Shown: piece by piece, positions 56,444 to 64,000 of the stretch | Numbering within the stretch: the stretch's first letter is position 1 | Layout: each line of letters begins with the position of its first letter | Source: an uncultured cyanobacterium | GTDB lineage: Bacteria; Cyanobacteriota; Cyanobacteriia; CAKZMO01 | DNA length: 64,000 bases | Direction: 5' to 3' | Assembly: GCA_963719515.1 (NCBI GenBank) | Contig: CAVRCJ010000013.1 | Location: forward strand, 64,001-128,000 | Program-made: the position numbers and the translations under genes | The notes under the pieces: generated by a model | What the model was told of the DNA's origin: nothing | Databases searched by the model: none | Seen by the model: the letters and a program-made list of their open reading frames with translations, nothing else

Positions 56444-57748
56444 TCAGCAGCGGGCGATCGCCGCCGCAATTTCTTCAAACGGAGGGCGCTCATCCGGGTT
56501 CGTCTCCAGGCAGCGATCTTGGAGATGGCGTAGTGTAGCTTGGTCCGGCCCGGCAGCCCGGCAGCGCTCTAGAAGCTCTTCAAGAAAACAGCCGAAAGCG
56601 CGCACCTCTAAGCGCTCCAGCCTCACTGCAAACTGGGAAGGGGAGGCCCTGTAAAAAGACGCCGCCCCAAAGTCTCCCAGGAGACTCTCCCCCTGAGCAT
56701 TGTGCAAAATGTTGTGGGCGTAGAGGTCGCCGTGGAGAATTCCCGCCCCGTGGAGATGGGCCGCTGCGGCGGCAATACTTGCTGCGATGCGCATCACCTG
56801 AGAAAGCGTGAATGCGGTATCCGCAGGGTAGGTGTCGCGGGTGCAGGTCTCAAGACTGGGGGGCTGCCCCAGACTGACGTAGTCCGACGGAATTAGGGGC
56901 AAGACCAGCCCCGCTTTTCCCTCGGGATGATTGACCGTCTGGCCGATGGCGGTGATTAGGTGGGGGTGAGATCCCGCCGCCATACAGGCCCGCATTTCGT
57001 CTAGGGGCAGTCCGTCGCTGGTCACCTGTCCCTTGAAGAGCTTGATGGCCACCAGTTTGGGTCCATTAGCCCTGCGCCAAATGCCCGCAAAGATAGTGCC
57101 AGAGGCCCCCTGTCCCAAGATCTCTCCCGGCTGTAGCTCGGACCAGTCCACCTTAGGCAGCTCGATGCCTGGGTCAAGATGCCCGTCGCTGGGGCAGCAG
57201 GGGTTGCCGCCGTAGGCCAGCCAGGACAGGCGCGGCAGCTGAAACAGCCAGTCGGGTAGGGTTTCAAGTCGGTTGGCGGACAGGCGAATTAGCTCTAGCC
57301 GATGACAGGCCGAGAGGTCAGGCAGCGATCGCAGTCGGTTGCCCGCCAGCATCAGCTTCTGCAGGTGCGTCATCTTCCCGAGGGCCTCCGGCAGCTGCTC
57401 AATACGGTTGTCGGTGAGGATCAGCCAGCGCAGAGCCGGGGGGAGGGCGCGATCGCCAACGGTCTCGATTTGATTGGCCTTAAACCCCACCATAGAGAGC
57501 TGGGGGCATTGGGAGAGCACCTCCGGCAGGTGGTCGAAGCAGTTGTTGGAAAAAAAGACAACTTTGAGCCGGCTCAGCCGACCAAAGTCATCGGGGAGCT
57601 TTGTCAATCGGTTCCCCGTCAGGTTGAGCACCTCTAGGGTTTCCGCCAGCTCATAGATTTCAGGCGGAAACTCGGTGAGACCGTAGGCCAAATCGAGCCG
57701 CCGAGAACCCCTGAGCGTTCCAGCCTGCAGCGCAGCTAGAGTATTCAT
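56444..57748 (-). CDS. Leucine-rich repeat protein kinase
   Basis: N-terminal LRRs; kinase motifs LGQGASG, VAIK, HGDLYAHN, DFG. Confidence 0.9.
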   Translation of the reverse strand: MNTLAALQAGTLRGSRRLDLAYGLTEFPPEIYELAETLEVLNLTGNRLTKLPDDFGRLSRLKVVFFSNNCFDHLPEVLSQCPQLSMVGFKANQIETVGDRALPPALRWLILTDNRIEQLPEALGKMTHLQKLMLAGNRLRSLPDLSACHRLELIRLSANRLETLPDWLFQLPRLSWLAYGGNPCCPSDGHLDPGIELPKVDWSELQPGEILGQGASGTIFAGIWRRANGPKLVAIKLFKGQVTSDGLPLDEMRACMAAGSHPHLITAIGQTVNHPEGKAGLVLPLIPSDYVSLGQPPSLETCTRDTYPADTAFTLSQVMRIAASIAAAAAHLHGAGILHGDLYAHNILHNAQGESLLGDFGAASFYRASPSQFAVRLERLEVRAFGCFLEELLERCRAAGPDQATLRHLQDRCLETNPDERPPFEEIAAAIARC

Positions 57749-57753
57749 CGTCC

Positions 57754-60363
57754 CTAAGCGCGGCTTCCCGCGGGCATCCCCAAGATATCCTCAATGCGGG
57801 GCATGTCTTCTAGAGGTACCACCCGGCCTTCATCCTCAAACCCGGCCATCTGGTTGAAGTTGAGGTAGCGATACAGCTCACCTGCGAACGGGTTGATTTT
57901 GCTTGCCACCACGTCTTTGTACTCTTCTACCGTGGGAATACGGCCCAGCAGGGCGCAGGCCGCCGCGAGCTCCGCCGACCCCAAATAGACGCGAGCGCCT
58001 TTCCCCATGCGGTTGTTAAAGTTGCGGGTGGAGGTAGACATGACCGTTGCGCCGTCGGCCACTCTAGCCTGGTTACCCATACATAGGGAGCATCCCGGCA
58101 TTTCGGTGCGGGCCCCCGCAGCGGCAAAGGTGCCGTAGTAGCCTTCCTCCCGCAGCTGCTTTTCATCCATGCGAGTGGGGGGACAAATCCACAGGCGACC
58201 GCTGGCGGGACCGGCGTTTTCCAGCACCTTGGCGGCGGCGCGGTAGTGGCCAATGTTGGTCATGCAAGAGCCGATAAACACCTCGTCGATGCTGTCGTTG
58301 GCTACCTCAGACAGAGTTTTAATTTTATCGGGATCGTTGGGGGCGGCTACCAGCGGCTCGGTGATCTCGTTGAGGTTCACCTCAATTACCTCGGCGTATT
58401 CTGCGTCCGGGTCCGCCGACATCAGCTGTGGATTCGCCAGCCAGGTCTCCATTTGGGCAATGCGCCGCGTTAAGGTGCGGGCGTCTTCGTAGCCCCGGGC
58501 GATCATATTGCGCATCAGGGCGACGTTAGAGCGCAGGTATTCGGCGATGGTGGCTTCGCTGAGCTTAATGGTGCAGCCCGCGCAGGAGCGCTCTGCAGAA
58601 GCATCCGTGAGCTCGAACGCCTGCTCTAGCTTCAGGTCGGGCAGACCCTCCATCTCCATAATCCGGCCTGAAAACACGTTTATTTTGTTTTTAGACTCGA
58701 CGGTGAGCAGTCCCTTTTGGATGGCCACGTAGGGGATAGCGTTGACCACATCCCGCAGCGTGATGCCCGGCTGCAGCTCACCGGTAAAGCGCACCAGCAC
58801 CGATTCCGGCATATCTAGCGGCATCGCGCCAATGGCGGCGGCAAAGGCGACCAGACCAGAACCGGCTGGGAAGGAGATGCCCAGGGGGAAGCGGGTGTGG
58901 GAGTCGCCGCCTGTCCCTACGGTGTCGGGCAGCAGCATGCGGTTGAGCCAGGAGTGGATGATGCCGTCGCCGGGGCGCAGGGCGACGCCACCGCGCGAGG
59001 CGAAAAAGTCCGGCAAGTCCTGGTGGGTCTCAACGTCGGTAGGTTTGGGGTAAGCCGCCGTGTGGCAAAAGCTCTGCATCACCAAATCGGCGCTAAAGCC
59101 CAGGCAGGCTAGCTCTTTCATCTCATCGCGGGTCATGGGACCGGTGGTATCCTGGGACCCCACGGTGGTCATCAGCGGCTCGCAGGAGGTGCCGGGGCGC
59201 ACGCCAGAGAGACCGCAGGCCTTGCCCACCATCTTTTGGGCTAGGGTAAAGCCTTTGCCGGTATCTTCCGGTTGGGCCGGGCGAGTGAAAACGTCGCTGG
59301 GCTCTAGGCCGAGGGCAATTCGGGTTTTGTCGGTGAGCGATCGCCCAATCATCAGCGGAATCCGTCCCCCGGCCCGCACTTCATCTAGGATGGTTTCGGG
59401 CTTCAGGGTGAAGGTGGAAACCGTCTCGCCAGCTTCGTTGGTGATTTTCCCGTCGTACGGGTGGAGGGTAATCACCATGCCGGTTTCTAGGCTATTGACA
59501 TCGCACTCAATGGGGAACGCCCCCGAGTCCTCAGCCGTATTAAAAAAGATGGGGGCAATGCTATTGCCTAAAATCACGCCGCCGCTCCGCTTATTGGGCA
59601 CATGGGGAATATCTTCGCCAATGTGCCAAATCACCGAGTTCATGGCGGATTTACGGGAAGATCCTGTACCCACCACATCGCCCACATAGGCTAGCGAATG
59701 GCCCTTCTCCTTCAGGGTAGCAATGGTCTCCAGAGCATCCGGCATCAGCGACTCCAGCATCACCAAACCGTGCAGCGGGATGTCGGCACGGGTGGTGGCG
59801 TGGGGGGCGGGGGAGAGGTCATCGGTGTTGGTCTCGCCGGGCACCTTAAATACTGTGACGGTGATGGTCTCGGGCACCTTGGGCTTGGCGGTAAACCAGT
59901 CGGCGTTGGCCCAGGCGTCTACCACCCGCTTGGCGTAGCTGTTGCTGCCTGCCAGCGTCATCACGTCATTGAAGGCGTCGTACACCAGCAGGGTTTTGCT
60001 CAAGGCGTCGGCAGCCAGCTCGGCCAGCGCTTCGTCTTCAAGTTTGAGGGTATCGATTAGTGCCTGGACGTTGTAGCCGCCCAGCATGGTGCCCAACAGC
60101 CGCACCGCTTCGGCGGGAGAGACCAATGGAGAGGTCACCTCACCTTTGGCGATCGCTGCTAAAAACGACGCCTTGACGTAAGAGGCTTGGTCCACGCCGG
60201 GGGGAATGCGATCGCTCAGCAGGTGTAGGAGAAAGTCGCTTTCGCCCTCAGGGGGGGCTTTGAGCAGCTCGCACAGCTCTGCGGTTTGCCCGGCGGTCAG
60301 CGGCAAGGGGGGAACACCCAACGCCTCTCGCTCTGCAGCCTGTTGACGATATGACTTCAGCAT
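57754..60363 (-). CDS. acnB: Aconitate hydratase B
   Basis: [48 protein letters not shown]. Confidence 0.97.
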   Translation of the reverse strand: MLKSYRQQAAEREALGVPPLPLTAGQTAELCELLKAPPEGESDFLLHLLSDRIPPGVDQASYVKASFLAAIAKGEVTSPLVSPAEAVRLLGTMLGGYNVQALIDTLKLEDEALAELAADALSKTLLVYDAFNDVMTLAGSNSYAKRVVDAWANADWFTAKPKVPETITVTVFKVPGETNTDDLSPAPHATTRADIPLHGLVMLESLMPDALETIATLKEKGHSLAYVGDVVGTGSSRKSAMNSVIWHIGEDIPHVPNKRSGGVILGNSIAPIFFNTAEDSGAFPIECDVNSLETGMVITLHPYDGKITNEAGETVSTFTLKPETILDEVRAGGRIPLMIGRSLTDKTRIALGLEPSDVFTRPAQPEDTGKGFTLAQKMVGKACGLSGVRPGTSCEPLMTTVGSQDTTGPMTRDEMKELACLGFSADLVMQSFCHTAAYPKPTDVETHQDLPDFFASRGGVALRPGDGIIHSWLNRMLLPDTVGTGGDSHTRFPLGISFPAGSGLVAFAAAIGAMPLDMPESVLVRFTGELQPGITLRDVVNAIPYVAIQKGLLTVESKNKINVFSGRIMEMEGLPDLKLEQAFELTDASAERSCAGCTIKLSEATIAEYLRSNVALMRNMIARGYEDARTLTRRIAQMETWLANPQLMSADPDAEYAEVIEVNLNEITEPLVAAPNDPDKIKTLSEVANDSIDEVFIGSCMTNIGHYRAAAKVLENAGPASGRLWICPPTRMDEKQLREEGYYGTFAAAGARTEMPGCSLCMGNQARVADGATVMSTSTRNFNNRMGKGARVYLGSAELAAACALLGRIPTVEEYKDVVASKINPFAGELYRYLNFNQMAGFEDEGRVVPLEDMPRIEDILGMPAGSRA

Positions 60364-60619
60364 TCTTATTTCCCCAGAAAAAACAGCGCCCTAGCCAGAT
60401 GATAGCGCTTTAAATCACCAATCATCCTAACAGGAAATCACTGCGAATATGGTGCGCTCGTGCTGAAGGAAAGCGCTTTGTGTGGAGGGGCTGACTTTTT
60501 GGAGGGATAGGGCGACACAGAACATTGCCCCCGAACGCCGACTCAGCATTTGGGCTTGAGATCGCCTTTGCGAGGACGCTGACCTTTACTAAGCAAAGGC
60601 CTCTATTTATTCTTTAAAG

Positions 60620-60693
60620 GGCGAACGATGGGACTTGAACCCACGAATGGCGGAATCACAATCCGCTGCCTTAACCACTTGGCGACGCTCGCC
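60620..60693 (-). tRNA. trnH: tRNA-His (GTG)
   Basis: GGCGAGCGTCGCCAAGTGGTTAAGGCAGCGGATTGTGATTCCGCCATTCGTGGGTTCAAGTCCCATCGTTCGCC folds as a cloverleaf with G-1 and C73; CCA not encoded. Confidence 0.96.
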
Positions 60694-60831
60694 GTGCCTT
60701 AGTTATTATAGCAGCTGTCTCCCAAAGTATGGCAAGGGGCGTGGCGACAAATGTAGCGACAAACGCAGCAACAAACTACAGCTGCAAAGCGCTAGGCTAG
60801 CGGAATATGGTAGTTGACTAGATAAACTGAC

Positions 60832-61248
60832 GTGATTAAGCTCGGATCTTTAGTTGCCGTTGGCGTCATTGCCGCTGCTGGCGTAGCCCTAGCGATCGCC
60901 AATCCTGGGCAAGAAGCCTACGCCGCTTATGCGGCAGACCGCCTTGGTGAGCAGCTGGAAAAGTCGCTCTGCCGCAACGTACCCCTTTTCCTGAACAGCA
61001 TTTGCGCCAGCGTTTTGGGGGACCAAGATACCTGGCTGGAAGAAGTGATCGAAGATCAGACCACGCGGCGCAACTTTATTTTTTTCAGCACTTATCAGAC
61101 CGACTTAGCCTCAGAAGCGGCGCTTCAGCGCGTGCTCCCCGCCAATCTATCGTTAGATATCGATGGCTTGCCCACCTATCACGTTGAGTCAGTTGGAGTA
61201 TTCAACCAGTTCTTTACCTATCAGGTCAAACAGACAAAGGCAGAGTGA
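60832..61248 (+). CDS. DUF4359-like secreted/membrane-anchored protein
   Basis: Hydrophobic leader, NPGQEAY..YA, TTRRNFIFFSTYQTDL, ESVGVFNQFFTY. Confidence 0.75.
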   Translation: MIKLGSLVAVGVIAAAGVALAIANPGQEAYAAYAADRLGEQLEKSLCRNVPLFLNSICASVLGDQDTWLEEVIEDQTTRRNFIFFSTYQTDLASEAALQRVLPANLSLDIDGLPTYHVESVGVFNQFFTYQVKQTKAE

Positions 61249-61249
61249 G

Positions 61250-62929
61250 TCAGGGGCGATTGCCTCTGTACCCCGCCGTCACCCGCTGGCGCCAGCTCGC
61301 CCTCAGTAGCCCCAGTCCGCTAACCCCCAGAAGAATAGGCGTCAGCCAGTCGCCCCAGCGAACGTACGGGGTTTGGGTTGTCCGTTGCTCTATCGTAGAT
61401 AGCTTTACCGCGTAGACGTTTGCCTCGGCCTGCCAAACCGTGTGGCCGTGGTTGTCAATGATGCCGGAATAGCCGGTGTTTGTGGCCCGTACGGCCCAGC
61501 GATCGGTTTCAACAGCCCGCATTAGATCTTGAGCGTGGTGTTGAGCCATCATTGATGGGGGGTAGGGATCGTTATTGGAGGCGGTAACGATTAGGGTGCC
61601 GCCAGCGGCAGCCTGGACGCGAAAGAAATTGGGAAACGCAGATTCGTAGCAGATGCCAGCGATCGCCTGCCCTAAGCCCGTAGTAAACACTTGGTCAGGC
61701 AGCCCCGGCACCATGCCTGACTGAATGGGAGACAGCCGCCCCACCAGTTTGCCCAACGTGCTTTGCAGAGGAATATACTCTCCCAGGGGCACCAGCTTCA
61801 CCTTGTCGTAGCGTCCCCCAATAGTCCCCTCCCCCTCAACGGCCAGCAGGCTTTGGGTGAGGTTACCCTCTCGCAGTCCAAAGGTGCCCACCAAAGCCGT
61901 CACGCCGCGATCGCGAATCGCTTCGACCATGGGGTTACGGCCCTGTGAAGCGTTACCCTGGAGCACCCAGCGAAAGGGTAACGCCCCTTCCGGCAGCACC
62001 ACCAGCTCTGCGCCTTGGTCCACCAGCTCGTTGTAGCCCTGTGGGTAGCCCCTCAAGGCCCGTCGAAGGCCCTCACCATAAAGCTTGATTCGGGTAGGAA
62101 CGTTGCCCTGAATAATACCGACCGTGAGTGGGGAACTGCTTTGGGCCGGCACATAAAGCAGCAGCAGGCCCAAACCGTGCAGGACCACCAGCAGTCCTAG
62201 GGCTGCTGCGACAAGCCGTTTGGGCTTAGCACGGTCTATCTGAGGAGAGTTTGTACTTTTCTGAGATTTCGCAGTCTGCTGCGGAAAGCCATCAGGGCGG
62301 GTCTTGAGCGCGCGGGACTGTAGCCAGGCCTCAGCCAGAAGACCGTTGACCGCGACGATGGCCGCCGACAAAGCTGCAGGCCCGGAAAGCCGGGAAAGAT
62401 GGAGTGCTGCTAGGTTGACCGGACTTTGGGTGAGGGCTAGAGACGGCCAGTAGAGGATGCCCTGCTGCATCACCCAATCTAGGCCGCACCACAACCCCAT
62501 CCCCAGCACGAGCCGCTGCGCAACTGCCCCAAGGGTCCCCCCCCGATAGTCTGTGACCTGAGAGCATAGGGAAAACAGAGCGGCCCAAGCGCCAATCCAG
62601 AGCCCTCCGACGACCGCCCCTGAGCTCCAGCAAAAAGCGGCGATCGCCAGGCTTGCGAGCCAGGGTACCCCCATCCAGGTGAGCGGGTGGAGGAACCACA
62701 GCCAATGAACAACAATGCCGCTGTAAAGAAATCCCCAAATAAAGCCGTAGCCCCCCGCTACCCAAGGCGACCGCAGGGTACCAGGCTCTTCAGAGCGGAC
62801 CGCAATCCACAGCGGCGCTATGGCAACCCACGCAAGGGGCCAAGCGCCGACGGGAGCGGCTGTCGCACCAATAGCCAGACCTCCGGCGACCGCGAGCCAT
62901 ACGAGATTGAAGTGATGAGGCCTAGGCAT
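61250..62929 (-). CDS. lnt: Apolipoprotein N-acyltransferase
   Basis: TM region plus nitrilase triad: QGNV, LPEGA, YDKVKLVPLGEY, GICYES, RATNTGYS. Confidence 0.94.
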   Translation of the reverse strand: MPRPHHFNLVWLAVAGGLAIGATAAPVGAWPLAWVAIAPLWIAVRSEEPGTLRSPWVAGGYGFIWGFLYSGIVVHWLWFLHPLTWMGVPWLASLAIAAFCWSSGAVVGGLWIGAWAALFSLCSQVTDYRGGTLGAVAQRLVLGMGLWCGLDWVMQQGILYWPSLALTQSPVNLAALHLSRLSGPAALSAAIVAVNGLLAEAWLQSRALKTRPDGFPQQTAKSQKSTNSPQIDRAKPKRLVAAALGLLVVLHGLGLLLLYVPAQSSSPLTVGIIQGNVPTRIKLYGEGLRRALRGYPQGYNELVDQGAELVVLPEGALPFRWVLQGNASQGRNPMVEAIRDRGVTALVGTFGLREGNLTQSLLAVEGEGTIGGRYDKVKLVPLGEYIPLQSTLGKLVGRLSPIQSGMVPGLPDQVFTTGLGQAIAGICYESAFPNFFRVQAAAGGTLIVTASNNDPYPPSMMAQHHAQDLMRAVETDRWAVRATNTGYSGIIDNHGHTVWQAEANVYAVKLSTIEQRTTQTPYVRWGDWLTPILLGVSGLGLLRASWRQRVTAGYRGNRP

Positions 62930-62954
62930 GGCGGTGTGACCCTAAGTAGGGTAT

Positions 62955-64000
62955 CTATCCAGCCTCACCCGCCTCGTCGCCCGCCTCATTCGGGCCTGAG
63001 CCGCCCTCCGGGCCGTCCAGCTGGTCAGCGATCGCCGCTGAGAGACTAGAGAGATCTGGCGCGTCCGTCAATAGGTCATTAGAGACCACGTCGGGAACAG
63101 CGCCACAGTCTGAGTCCGAGCTAGCGCAGTCTGAGGCGTCGCCGTCGGCAATTCCGGTCCCATCCTCCTGTAGCGGCGGCACAATCGCAATGCCGGCGAT
63201 CGCATCGTCGTCGTCTAGTCGCTGCACCTGCACCCCCGTTGCTGCTCGGGATTGACAAGAAATAGCGTCAACGGCTTGCCGGATAACAATCCCCCGGTTG
63301 GTGACGATAATCAGTTCGTCTGAATCGCCTACCACCCGCAGCGCCGCCATCTGGTCATTTTTCTTGCGGAACTTAATGGCCCGCAGCCCCAGTCCGGCTC
63401 GCTTTTGAAGTCGGAACTGAGAGATCGGAACCCGCTTGCCCAGCCCTCCTGTGGTGATCACTAACACCCAAGGCCCTTCGTCTGCCGGTGGAGCCTCATC
63501 TTCGCTGTCGACGTCTGTCGACAACACCTCGCCCACTTCATCCAAAGTACGGCCCGACAAGATATCCATGCTGATCAGTTCGTCATTCTTCCGAAGCGAC
63601 ATGGCACGAACGCCTCTAGTCGGTCGACCGAGAGGGCGGAGCTGCTCGTGGTCCGTGCGGAAGTGAATGGTCATCCCTTGGCTTGATCCAATGATGATGC
63701 TGTCTTCTTCGCGAGCACGACGCACCCAGCGCAACTGATCGCCTTCTTCTAAGGAAATAGCGATTAAGCCGTTAGCGCGAATGTTGCTAAACGCCGACAG
63801 CTCCGTCTTTTTGACGTAGCCCCCGCAGGTGAGCATCACCAAATACTCATCGTCGGTAAACTCCGTAACCGGCACGATAGAGGTAATCTTTTCGTCTCGG
63901 GGAATAGGCAGCATTTGCACCACGGGAAGCCCCCGCGCCGTCCGGGACGCCGCCGGGATTTGGTAGGCCTTGAGGCAGTAGGCAACGCCGCGATCGCTAA
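62955..64000 (-). CDS. gyrA: DNA gyrase subunit A, C-terminal part (5'-partial)
   Basis: Beta-pinwheel blades (RPLGRPTRGVRAM, GLGKRVPISQFRLQKRAGLG, QSRAATGVQVQRL) and acidic tail; frame open to the window end. Confidence 0.93.
   Translation of the reverse strand, partial: SDRGVAYCLKAYQIPAASRTARGLPVVQMLPIPRDEKITSIVPVTEFTDDEYLVMLTCGGYVKKTELSAFSNIRANGLIAISLEEGDQLRWVRRAREEDSIIIGSSQGMTIHFRTDHEQLRPLGRPTRGVRAMSLRKNDELISMDILSGRTLDEVGEVLSTDVDSEDEAPPADEGPWVLVITTGGLGKRVPISQFRLQKRAGLGLRAIKFRKKNDQMAALRVVGDSDELIIVTNRGIVIRQAVDAISCQSRAATGVQVQRLDDDDAIAGIAIVPPLQEDGTGIADGDASDCASSDSDCGAVPDVVSNDLLTDAPDLSSLSAAIADQLDGPEGGSGPNEAGDEAGEAG

Noticed and set aside
60364..60831. Genomic island integrated at tRNA-His
   Set aside because: No integrase or duplicated tRNA 3' end seen; the flanks are housekeeping genes.
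1..64000. Abundant GCGATCGC octamer as a novel repeat
   Set aside because: This is the well-known cyanobacterial HIP1 sequence.

Overview
Cyanobacterial chromosomal DNA (very frequent HIP1 octamer GCGATCGC, psbH/psbN, cyanoexosortase A). It is mostly housekeeping: murQ, gluQ, hemE, purQ, msrB, aas, pdhC, ispE-rsmA-pth-tatA-psbH/psbN, purE, acnB, tRNA-His, lnt and the 3' part of gyrA. Accessory content stands out in five places. (1) A membrane-anchored LivK-type receptor with a small Cys/His N-terminal motif lies directly upstream of a 1178-aa tubulin/FtsZ-like GTPase carrying a duplicated C-terminal module. (2) Three IS200/IS605-family elements share hairpin ends. One is a tnpA-less element with intact tnpB whose small RHH gene is interrupted by a 124-bp MITE. 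The other two are 449-bp, 98.7% identical mini-elements that appear to be internally deleted tnpB elements keeping a promoter and an omegaRNA-like 3' region. (3) An HTH-LRR-Roc-COR-TIR gene has near-identical 69-bp LRR units that vary only at exposed positions. (4) A densely self-complementary leader/antisense locus precedes a small hypothetical gene. (5) An arsenosugar-type radical SAM pair is separated by a cluster of REP-like palindromes. Clustered single-base deletions at about 37.35 kb and 40.4-40.5 kb look like long-read consensus errors. All calls come from reading sequence and motifs by eye; no searches were run.
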